From: Chthoniobacterales bacterium
Lineage (GTDB): Bacteria; Verrucomicrobiota; Verrucomicrobiia; Chthoniobacterales; UBA10450
DNA length: 64,000 nucleotides
Direction of reading: 5' to 3'
Assembly: GCA_965217815.1 (NCBI GenBank)
Contig: CBDCJI010000001.1
Coordinates: forward strand, 527,088-591,087
In this document: positions 17,749 to 25,161 of the stretch, in pieces
How the letters are laid out: every line of letters starts with the position of its first letter
Position numbering within the stretch: the first letter of the stretch is position 1
Translations under genes and position numbers: made by a program
Notes under the pieces: generated by a model
The model's database searches: none
Seen by the model: only the letters and a program-made list of their open reading frames with translations
Told to the model about the DNA's origin: nothing

Positions 17749-19485
17749 ATGGCCGATTTCCTGACCCGCATTTCCCGGCCACAGCGGTGGGACGTTCCCT
17801 TCGACCTCGCCATGGGCGAAGCCGAAGTCGCGCGGCTCCTCGAGCTCGCGCCGCTCTCGACTTTCGACGAGACGCGTTTCCCGTCGACGATTCCGTTGCG
17901 CGGGATTTTGCGCAACGACACGCGCCTGCGCCATTTCGAGCCGGGCGACATCATCGTGCGGGAAGGCGATTACGGGAGCTCCGCCTTTCTCATTCTGAGC
18001 GGGAGCGTCCGCGTCATGCTCGACTCTCTGCCCGCGGGACAACTCGGCCGGCGGCCGCCGCAAAAGAAAGGGTTTCTCGAATCGATCGCCCAGCTTTGGT
18101 CCCAGCCGAAATATCCGGAAGTGCGTGATTATGCGGGCGGCAAACTCATGAGCAGCGCTGACGCCGGGAGCATTCGCTCGCGCCAGTCGACCGGCGCGGA
18201 AGTGCGCGTTTTTCTCCAGGATGTCCCCGGCGTTCTGGAAAAAAATCACACCGCGCAACTGGGCGAGGGCGAACTTTTCGGCGAAATCGCGGCCCTCGCC
18301 CGCACCCCGCGCACAGCGACGGTGATCGCGGAAAGTCCGGCCGAGCTCCTCGAACTGCGCTGGCAAGGGCTGCGCGACATCCGCAAATACGCGCCGGAAT
18401 GGAAGGCGCATATCGATCGGCTCTATCGCGAACGCAGTCTGGCCAAGCATTTGCAGGAAACGCCACTGCTAAAAAACCTCTCCGCGGAAGATTTGCGGGA
18501 AGTCGTCGTGCACACCCAGTTTGAGAGTTACGGCGATTTCGAGTGGAATGCTTCCTACCGCACCCTCCGTGAAGCGTCCGCCCAAGAGCGTCTCGCCAAA
18601 GAACCAGTCATCGCGCGGGAAGGCGATTACCCGAATGGGTTAATTCTTATCCGCAGCGGCTTCGCCCGGCTCAGCCGCAAATACAATCATGGCGAACGCA
18701 CCGTCAGTTACCTCGGCAAAGGCGAATACTTCGGGCTTTCCTCGCTCCTGTGCGACGCGGCCTTCGAGGAGCCGGCCGGACTTCAATTTTCCCTGCGCGC
18801 CATCGGTTACGTAGACATTCTCGTCATCCCGACGCCCATTTTCGACCAATACATCGCCCCGCATTTTCGCCCGGAGGAGATTCTGGAATTACGGCAGCGC
18901 GTCCGGCGCGAGAGCGAGATCAATCTCGGGCGCGAGGCCGAGGCGACCTTCGGCCCGGAGATGATCGAGTTCCTGGTCGAGGAACGTTACGTCAACGGCA
19001 CCGCGACCATGTTGATCGATCTCGACCGCTGCACGCGTTGCGACGATTGCGTGCGCGCCTGCGCCGCGAGCCACGATAACAATCCGAAATTCCTCCGCCA
19101 CGGCCGCGTCCAGAATGGGATCATGGTGGCCAACGCCTGCATGCATTGTGTCGATCCGGTCTGCATGATCGGCTGCCCCACGGGAGCGATTCACCGCGAG
19201 TCGATCGAGGGCCAGGTCGTGATCAACGACCTCACCTGCGTGGGCTGCGCGACCTGCGCCAACAGTTGCCCCTACGACAACATTCAGATGGTCGAAATTC
19301 GCGATGCCGGCGGTCGCTTCATCCTCGATGAAGCGACCCGGACGCCCATCCTCAAGGCGACGAAATGCGACCTCTGCGTCGATCAACTCGGCGGCCCGGC
19401 CTGTGTCCGCGCCTGCCCACACGATGCCCTCATCCGCGCGAACATGCAGGACACCGCAAAACTGGCGAGGTGGCTCGACCGGTGA
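17749..19485 (+). CDS. Fusion protein: two cyclic-nucleotide-binding domains plus an NrfC/DmsB-like four-cluster 4Fe-4S ferredoxin domain
   Basis: cNMP-binding signatures: GEGELFGEIAALARTPRTATV, and a second domain with GKGEYFG. Cys clusters: CTRCDDCVRAC, CMHCVDPVCMIGCP, CVGCATCANSCP, CDLCVD..CVRACP. No Tat or Sec signal is visible. Confidence 0.9.
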   Translation: MADFLTRISRPQRWDVPFDLAMGEAEVARLLELAPLSTFDETRFPSTIPLRGILRNDTRLRHFEPGDIIVREGDYGSSAFLILSGSVRVMLDSLPAGQLGRRPPQKKGFLESIAQLWSQPKYPEVRDYAGGKLMSSADAGSIRSRQSTGAEVRVFLQDVPGVLEKNHTAQLGEGELFGEIAALARTPRTATVIAESPAELLELRWQGLRDIRKYAPEWKAHIDRLYRERSLAKHLQETPLLKNLSAEDLREVVVHTQFESYGDFEWNASYRTLREASAQERLAKEPVIAREGDYPNGLILIRSGFARLSRKYNHGERTVSYLGKGEYFGLSSLLCDAAFEEPAGLQFSLRAIGYVDILVIPTPIFDQYIAPHFRPEEILELRQRVRRESEINLGREAEATFGPEMIEFLVEERYVNGTATMLIDLDRCTRCDDCVRACAASHDNNPKFLRHGRVQNGIMVANACMHCVDPVCMIGCPTGAIHRESIEGQVVINDLTCVGCATCANSCPYDNIQMVEIRDAGGRFILDEATRTPILKATKCDLCVDQLGGPACVRACPHDALIRANMQDTAKLARWLDR

Positions 19486-20303
19486 GTCCGCTTCTCGTTA
19501 GGCGAATTGGTCTCTCCCTCGGGCTCGTCCTCCTCTCCGCCGCGGTCTTTTTCGTCTGGCGCGTGGGGCGCGCGGCTTTGCGGCCGGATGGCATTTACAC
19601 CGGATTACTCCTCTTTTTCCTGATCCTCGGGCTGACCCTTTTTAACGCCCGCAAAAAGCTTCCTTTCCTTCCGCTGATCCGCGCCTCGGTCTGGCTGCAA
19701 ATTCACATCTACGCCGGCTGGTTTTGCCTTTTTGTTTTTCTCCTGCACGTTCGCTTTCGCCTTCCCCAAGGCGCTTTCGAGAGCACGCTCGCGCTCGTTT
19801 TTTGGGTCGTTATGCTGAGCGGGTTCTTCGGGCTCTTCATCAGTCGCGACCTCCCTCCGCGGATGGCGCGTTCCGGCGAACCGCTCCTCTACGAGCGCAT
19901 TCCCGGATTCCGTCTCCGGATTCAGCGCGAGGTCGAGGAACTGGTGCGGCAAGCCGAGCGCGAGACGGAATCTTCCACCCTGGGAACGTTTTATGTGCAA
20001 TACCTGCGCGATTTTTTTGTCCATCGCCCGAGCGCCTTTTCGGCCCTGCGCCGGGGCGAGCGGAAGTGGCACGCCCTGCTCGCCGAAACCAACGCGCTCG
20101 ACCGCTATTTGAACGACCGGGAAAAGGCGATCGCGCTCGAGCTGCGCGATTGGATCGAGACCAAGCAAAATCTCGATTTCCAGGACGCAGCCCAACGCCT
20201 CCTAAAATTCTGGCTCTTCGTGCACATTCCTTTTACCTACAGCCTGATTCTACTCGGCCTCGCCCACGGGATCGTGGCGACGCTTTACGCGGGGAGGTGG
20301 TGA
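19482..20303 (+). CDS. Polytopic membrane protein with conserved-looking intramembrane histidines, function unknown
   Basis: The GTG start overlaps the upstream stop (GTGA). About 5 hydrophobic helices carry His residues within them (LQIHIYAG, FLLHVRF, FVHIPF, LAHGIV). The track ORF start at 19365 overlaps the preceding gene and was rejected. Confidence 0.65.
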   Translation: MSPLLVRRIGLSLGLVLLSAAVFFVWRVGRAALRPDGIYTGLLLFFLILGLTLFNARKKLPFLPLIRASVWLQIHIYAGWFCLFVFLLHVRFRLPQGAFESTLALVFWVVMLSGFFGLFISRDLPPRMARSGEPLLYERIPGFRLRIQREVEELVRQAERETESSTLGTFYVQYLRDFFVHRPSAFSALRRGERKWHALLAETNALDRYLNDREKAIALELRDWIETKQNLDFQDAAQRLLKFWLFVHIPFTYSLILLGLAHGIVATLYAGRW

Positions 20304-20304
20304 A

Positions 20305-22644
20305 ATGCAGCGACCGCTCGACCCGCTCCGCTTTAAACAAAACCGCTACGAACGGCCCAATCAGGATTGGGTTTGCGGCCACGCCGCGGAAGGGCACGCC
20401 TGCCCGCTCGGGCCCGATGAGCGCGGCCACTGCCGCCCGACCGGCGAATGCCTTCCCGCCAAAAAAGGCGATCGCTGGATGTGCATGCGGAGCGACGCCG
20501 CCGGCGGCAAGTGCAGCGAAGGTCCGCTGCCTAACGGCGCTTGCGCGCACCCGATCCCGCCCTGCCAGCCGCTGCCGTCGCTCCGCCGGTCGCGCGCGAG
20601 CCTGGTCTGGCTGGCCGTCGCCCTCACGCTCGGGGCGCTCCTTATTTTGCTCGGGAGCACGCGCCTGCGCGAGAGCTGGGCCGATCCCGGTCCGCTCACC
20701 CGGGCCCACGCCACCTCCGCTTCGCAATGCCGCGATTGCCACGCGGTCGACGGGGCCGGCTCCGTCCAGCTCGCGGCCTTTACTTCCCTCGAGGCGAAGC
20801 GACGGGCGGACGGCCAGCTTTGTTTGAAATGTCACGCCCTCGGCGAGCAACCCTTCGCGCCGCACAGCGTCACGCCCATCCGCCTGGTCGCGTTGGAAAA
20901 GAAAATCGCGGCCCTGCCTAACGAGTCGCGCAAAAGCTCCCCGCTCCTGCGGGCCAGCCATGGACTGAACCCGAGCGCGGCGGGCGACGGCCAGCTTGCC
21001 TGCCTGACCTGCCATCAGGAACATCACGGCCGCAACTTCGATCTAAAAAAACTCTCCGACGCACAATGCCAGAGTTGCCACGCGCTCCAGTTCGCCAGTT
21101 TTGCCCATGGGCATCCGGAGTTTTCCCAGTATCCGTACAGCCGGCGCACGCCGATTTTTTTCGATCACGCGAGCCATTTGGGCGAACACTTTTCCGCCAT
21201 GAAATCGAAGGCGCCCGACTCCTGCCAAGGCTGCCATCTGCCCGATGCGGCCGGACGTTTCATGAAGGTGAAAAGTTTCAGCCAAACCTGCGCTGCCTGC
21301 CACGAAGCACAGATCGAAGGCGAAGGCATGACGACCAAAGGCGTGGCCTTTTTCACCGTCCCGGGAATCGATGTGGAGACGCTTGCGGGCAAGGGAATCA
21401 GCGTGGGCGAATGGCCAAAATTTGCCGATCAGAAGATCACGCCCTTCATGGAGCTGCTCCTGCGGCGGCAGGCGGGTCTGGGCGCGGTCCTCGACCAGTT
21501 GCAAGGGGTCGACCTGCTTGACCTGACCAAAGCAACGCCGGACCAGCTCGCGGCCGCGGAAAAATTTGCCTGGGGCGTGAAGGAGTTGCTTTTCCACCTC
21601 GTCGTCGACGGGCAATCTTATCTGCGCACCGAGTTGAAAGGCGGGATCGTACCCGCCGGCATCGAAGTCCCGCGCTCCGCCCTGCTCGCGGCCCAGCGCG
21701 ATTGGATGCCGAATCTGCTGAAGGACGTGCCGAACCACGAACAGGGCCTCGCTCCCCCGCTGCCCGAGCGCACCGCGACGCCCGCACCGGCCGCTTCGCC
21801 TAACGAAAAGCAGGCGGACGGCGACTCGTCTTTGCTTGGCGGCGAAGACCTCGCGGCCACGCCTGCGCCCGCGCCGGCGGGCGGGGGGAACTTGTTAGCC
21901 GGAGGAGACGACGATCTCACGGCGCCTCCTTCCTCGCCCAGCCCGGCACCGGCCTCTGATGACCTCACGAGCGGGGGCGATCTGCTCGACGCAGCCGCCC
22001 CTCCCGCCCCCTCCGTCACGCCCGTCCCCACCCCGGCGGCGGAACCAAAACCGGCCGAAGAATGGGTCACGGCCGGCGGTTGGTATCGGCCACAGGACAG
22101 CTTTTCGCTTTATTACCGGCCAAGTGGCCATAGCGATCCCTTTCTCGTCGCGTGGCTGACGACGGCGGCGAAATGCACGAGCGACTCCGCGGCGCCGGCC
22201 GCGCGCGTCGTTTTCCGCCGGATGGCCGATCCGCAAACGGCTGGTCTTTGTCTGAAATGTCACACCGTCACGGTCCGGGGCGAGGCTTTGCAGGTGAATT
22301 GGTTGCCTAACGAAGCGCTGCCGAAAAAGAAAGGTTTCACCACCTTCCGCCACACCACGCATCTCAGCCTCTTCGGCAATACGGCCTGCGAAACCTGTCA
22401 CGCCCTCAATCCCAAGGCGGAGTATGCGAAATATTTTTCGGGCGAGAGCGGCGCGCTGGCCGAGCGCGAGCCGAGCCATTTCCAGAGCAACTTCGCCCCT
22501 CTCTCGAAGACGCTCTGCCTCCAATGCCACCAGCCGAAAGTGGCCGGCGACTCGTGCCTTCTTTGTCATCGCTATCACGCCGAAGCGACCGATGGCGAAA
22601 TCGCGGGCCGGAATCGATTGCGGCCATTGTTAGGCCAGAAATAA
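20305..22644 (+). CDS. Membrane-anchored decaheme c-type cytochrome with an N-terminal Cys/His-rich segment
   Basis: Ten CXXCH motifs (CRDCH, CLKCH, CLTCH, CQSCH, CQGCH, CAACH, CLKCH, CETCH, CLQCH, CLLCH). About 95 aa of Cys/His-rich N-terminus precede RRSRAS and the single TM LVWLAVALTLGALLILLG. The gene starts 1 nt after the upstream stop. Confidence 0.9.
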   Translation: MQRPLDPLRFKQNRYERPNQDWVCGHAAEGHACPLGPDERGHCRPTGECLPAKKGDRWMCMRSDAAGGKCSEGPLPNGACAHPIPPCQPLPSLRRSRASLVWLAVALTLGALLILLGSTRLRESWADPGPLTRAHATSASQCRDCHAVDGAGSVQLAAFTSLEAKRRADGQLCLKCHALGEQPFAPHSVTPIRLVALEKKIAALPNESRKSSPLLRASHGLNPSAAGDGQLACLTCHQEHHGRNFDLKKLSDAQCQSCHALQFASFAHGHPEFSQYPYSRRTPIFFDHASHLGEHFSAMKSKAPDSCQGCHLPDAAGRFMKVKSFSQTCAACHEAQIEGEGMTTKGVAFFTVPGIDVETLAGKGISVGEWPKFADQKITPFMELLLRRQAGLGAVLDQLQGVDLLDLTKATPDQLAAAEKFAWGVKELLFHLVVDGQSYLRTELKGGIVPAGIEVPRSALLAAQRDWMPNLLKDVPNHEQGLAPPLPERTATPAPAASPNEKQADGDSSLLGGEDLAATPAPAPAGGGNLLAGGDDDLTAPPSSPSPAPASDDLTSGGDLLDAAAPPAPSVTPVPTPAAEPKPAEEWVTAGGWYRPQDSFSLYYRPSGHSDPFLVAWLTTAAKCTSDSAAPAARVVFRRMADPQTAGLCLKCHTVTVRGEALQVNWLPNEALPKKKGFTTFRHTTHLSLFGNTACETCHALNPKAEYAKYFSGESGALAEREPSHFQSNFAPLSKTLCLQCHQPKVAGDSCLLCHRYHAEATDGEIAGRNRLRPLLGQK

Positions 22645-22766
22645 GTTCGAGTTTTGGCGCGGCCGCCGGCGGAGGCGCGATGGGCCGACGACCGGCGCCC
22701 GAAGTAAAGTAAAGCTTCCCAACGAAGCAGCTGGCGTGCTATAACCGTCATAAATCTGATAAAAAT

Positions 22767-23222
22767 ATGCGCGCACCTCTTTTTCTTCGCCGATCGCTCA
22801 CTTTCCTCATCTTAACGGGCTGCGCGGCGGCTCTCACGCTGACTGGTTGCCAGCAAAAAGTGACGCTCGTGCCGGCCGATGACGATCTCGTGGTCCTCAA
22901 TGGCTGCGTTATTTCCGCCTGTAATTACCTCGCGCTGGTCAAGACGCAGCACAGCCTCGACCAGAATTTCTGGGCGAAGATTTTGCTCGTGCGTTACCAA
23001 AATCATCCCGCCGGCCATGCCTACTGCGTTTGGGAGACGGATGGGACGATTTACGGCTACGATCGGAACGCCGGCTCATTCCCGATTCCGATCTACACCA
23101 AGGAACCGAAGGTGATCGCCTCGGTCCTGGCGGAAGGATTATCGAAGGTGCTGAAAGAGCCGTTGCGCGTGGCCCAGGCGGATTTCGTCGAGCCGAGCAC
23201 GGCGCAGCTCTACAAGTTTTAA
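22767..23222 (+). CDS. Hypothetical lipoprotein
   Basis: Signal peptide with lipobox (LILTGC / LTLTGC). I recognise no family. Confidence 0.55.
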   Translation: MRAPLFLRRSLTFLILTGCAAALTLTGCQQKVTLVPADDDLVVLNGCVISACNYLALVKTQHSLDQNFWAKILLVRYQNHPAGHAYCVWETDGTIYGYDRNAGSFPIPIYTKEPKVIASVLAEGLSKVLKEPLRVAQADFVEPSTAQLYKF

Positions 23223-23276
23223 CGGGTTCGCGCAGCGCTCGCGGCGCGCGGTCAATGAGGCCTGCCGACTCATCGT

Positions 23277-23383
23277 TGTCATCCCGAGCAAAGCGAGGGA
23301 TCTCACGGATTCCGGTCGACGCGGATTGCAAAAGAAGGCCCGTGGTTATCCGTGAGATCCTCGCTGCGCTCGGCATGACAACG
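23277..23383. repeat. Palindromic intergenic repeat, family 1, copy A (arms GTTGTCATCCCGAGC.AGCGAGGGATCTC.CGGA)
   Basis: The left arm 23277-23310 and right arm 23350-23383 are near-perfect reverse complements. The same element recurs at 30487-30595, with a diverged copy at 63675-63802. Confidence 0.85.
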
Positions 23384-23444
23384 GTGTGACGGGGAGCAGA
23401 CTCGGGGTGCGCCGAGAGAGTGAACGCGGGCAAGGAAACGGCGC

Positions 23445-23474
23445 AAAAAAAAGCGCGACCATTACTGGCCGCGC
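23445..23474 (-). terminator. Candidate rho-independent terminator reading on the minus strand (orphan)
   Basis: On the minus strand, GCGCGGCC-AGTAAT-GGTCGCGC (8-bp stem with one G:U pair) is followed by TTTTTTTT. No annotated minus-strand gene ends nearby. Confidence 0.35.
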
Positions 23475-23660
23475 GGCAGAGCTGAAGAAAGGATTATATT
23501 GTGAATGGCTTCCTAGCTTGCACCCTCTTTAAAGCAGCGGACGTGCCAACCTCGGCTGAGCTCCGAAAAACTTGGCCTAACGAATAGAAAGCCTGCGGCT
23601 TTTGCTCGACCGGCTCCGGTTTTACTTGATAAAAGCCGCCGTCCGTCGCTTCATGTTTTC

Positions 23661-23939
23661 ATGAAGCTGATCTTTCTCGCGGTCTTCTCCTCTTTGCTCT
23701 CCTGCGCGGTCCTGACGGCGAGCCCGCTCGATCCAAAGGGGAACGCTAAAATCACCAAGAACGAAGCGGAGCACATCGCCTTGAAGGGCTATCCGGGAGC
23801 GCGGGTGACCGCCGCGAACCTGCAGAAAATGGACGGAAAACTGGTCTGGCTGATCGCGATCGCGCAGCCCGACGCCCAGCCCATCGCGCCCGTGGCGGTC
23901 GATGCGATGACCGGCCGGATCGCGGCGAAAACCCCCTGA
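23661..23939 (+). CDS. Small secreted PepSY-like domain protein
   Basis: Signal peptide, then ITKNEAEHIALKGYPGARVTAANLQKMDGKLVWLIAI...AVDAMTGRI, which resembles the PepSY fold pattern. Confidence 0.55.
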   Translation: MKLIFLAVFSSLLSCAVLTASPLDPKGNAKITKNEAEHIALKGYPGARVTAANLQKMDGKLVWLIAIAQPDAQPIAPVAVDAMTGRIAAKTP

Positions 23940-23960
23940 AGCGGACCCGCGCCTAACGAC

Positions 23961-24554
23961 TCAGGGTTGACCCCAGATCTTCGCGAGGTAACCGACGCGC
24001 CCCGAGCCGACGTGATATGCTTCGAAGGCCGCGGGATTTTTCAGGTAATACTTCTGGTGATACTCCTCCGCGGGATAGAACGGTTGCCGCGGCAAAATCT
24101 CGGTCACGATCGGCCGGTCGAACTTGCCTGATTTCCCCAGCTTTTCCTTGGATGCTTCAGCCGCTTTTTTTTCCTCGTCGTTCCCGTAGTAAATGGCCGC
24201 CTGATAGGAAAGGCCAAGGTCGTGGAACTGGCCGTCGGCCTGGGTGGGATTGATGTTATGCCAGAAAATATCGAGCAGCTGAGCGTAGGAAATCTGAGCG
24301 GGATCGTAGCTCACTTCGATCGCTTCGCGATGCTGAGTTTGGTGGGCGGAGACGAGGTTGTAATTGGCTGTTTCCTTCTTCCCGCCGGTGTAGCCGACGA
24401 CGGTTTGGGTGACGCCTTGGGCGTGATCGTAAGGGGGTTGCATGCACCAGAAACAGCCCCCGGCGAAGATGGCCGTTTTCGTTTCCGCTTCGGCGGTGAC
24501 GGCGAGGCTGGCGGAGATGAGAGCGAGGATGAGAAGGGCGAAAATCTTTTGCAT
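23961..24554 (-). CDS. msrA: Peptide-methionine (S)-S-oxide reductase
   Basis: GGCFWCMQPPYD active-site motif and overall MsrA-like sequence, preceded by a signal peptide. Confidence 0.92.
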   Translation of the reverse strand: MQKIFALLILALISASLAVTAEAETKTAIFAGGCFWCMQPPYDHAQGVTQTVVGYTGGKKETANYNLVSAHQTQHREAIEVSYDPAQISYAQLLDIFWHNINPTQADGQFHDLGLSYQAAIYYGNDEEKKAAEASKEKLGKSGKFDRPIVTEILPRQPFYPAEEYHQKYYLKNPAAFEAYHVGSGRVGYLAKIWGQP

Positions 24555-24573
24555 AGGACGTAGATAAGAGTCG

Positions 24574-25161
24574 ATGGTCGCCGCAATTATTCCAGAGCTG
24601 ATCCCGGCCGATTACTTTGCCCCGCTGCCGCTGGCGGAAATTTTTTCGCGCTCCGCACCTCTCGAAGTCGATCTCGGTTGCGGCGATGGCACTTTTCTGG
24701 TGGCGCTGGCGGCGCGCTTTCCGCAGCGCAATTTTCTCGGGATCGAGCGGCTCCTCGGCCGGGTGCGGACCGCTTGCAAAAAAGCGGCTCGAGCGGAGCT
24801 GGCGAACGTTCGGGTCCTGCGGGTGGAATTAATTTACGCGATCCAATATCTGATCCCCCCTGCGTCCGTTGAGGTCGCGCATTTGCTCTTTCCCGATCCG
24901 TGGCCGAAAAGCCGCCATCGCCGCCGGCGCATCGTGACTCCGGAGTTTCTGGCGGCGGTTCATCGCTTCCTCGCGCCAGGCGGATTGCTGCGGATTGCGA
25001 CCGACCGGGAGAGCTATTTCCAGACGATCGAGGAGATCGTCCCGCCGGAGCTGTTTCGACCGGAAAAGATCGAGGCAGATTTTCCCCGGACGAGGTTCGA
25101 AGAGCATTTTATCGCGGCGGGGAAAGCCATTCATCGGCTCGAGCTGCGGAAGGTTTCGTGA
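24574..25161 (+). CDS. trmB: tRNA (guanine-N7)-methyltransferase
   Basis: LEVDLGCGDGTFL SAM site and the LFPDPWPKSRHRRRR signature of TrmB. Confidence 0.9.
   Translation: MVAAIIPELIPADYFAPLPLAEIFSRSAPLEVDLGCGDGTFLVALAARFPQRNFLGIERLLGRVRTACKKAARAELANVRVLRVELIYAIQYLIPPASVEVAHLLFPDPWPKSRHRRRRIVTPEFLAAVHRFLAPGGLLRIATDRESYFQTIEEIVPPELFRPEKIEADFPRTRFEEHFIAAGKAIHRLELRKVS

Noticed and set aside
16699-18450. 583-aa ORF on the - strand
   Set aside because: It is antisense to the tetraheme cytochrome and the cNMP/Fe-S genes, which have unambiguous motifs. The translation is Arg-rich and featureless.
19365-19481. Upstream extensions of several track ORFs (19365, 34325, 35302, 36988, 37965, 58739, 61999, 48367, 32028, 56725)
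   Set aside because: The extensions overlap neighbouring genes or repeats and are Arg/Pro-rich. Internal ATG/GTG starts give N-termini matching the family (S20 MANSKS, FAH MPTPLRSF, GpmI MAKPVLL) or a proper signal peptide.
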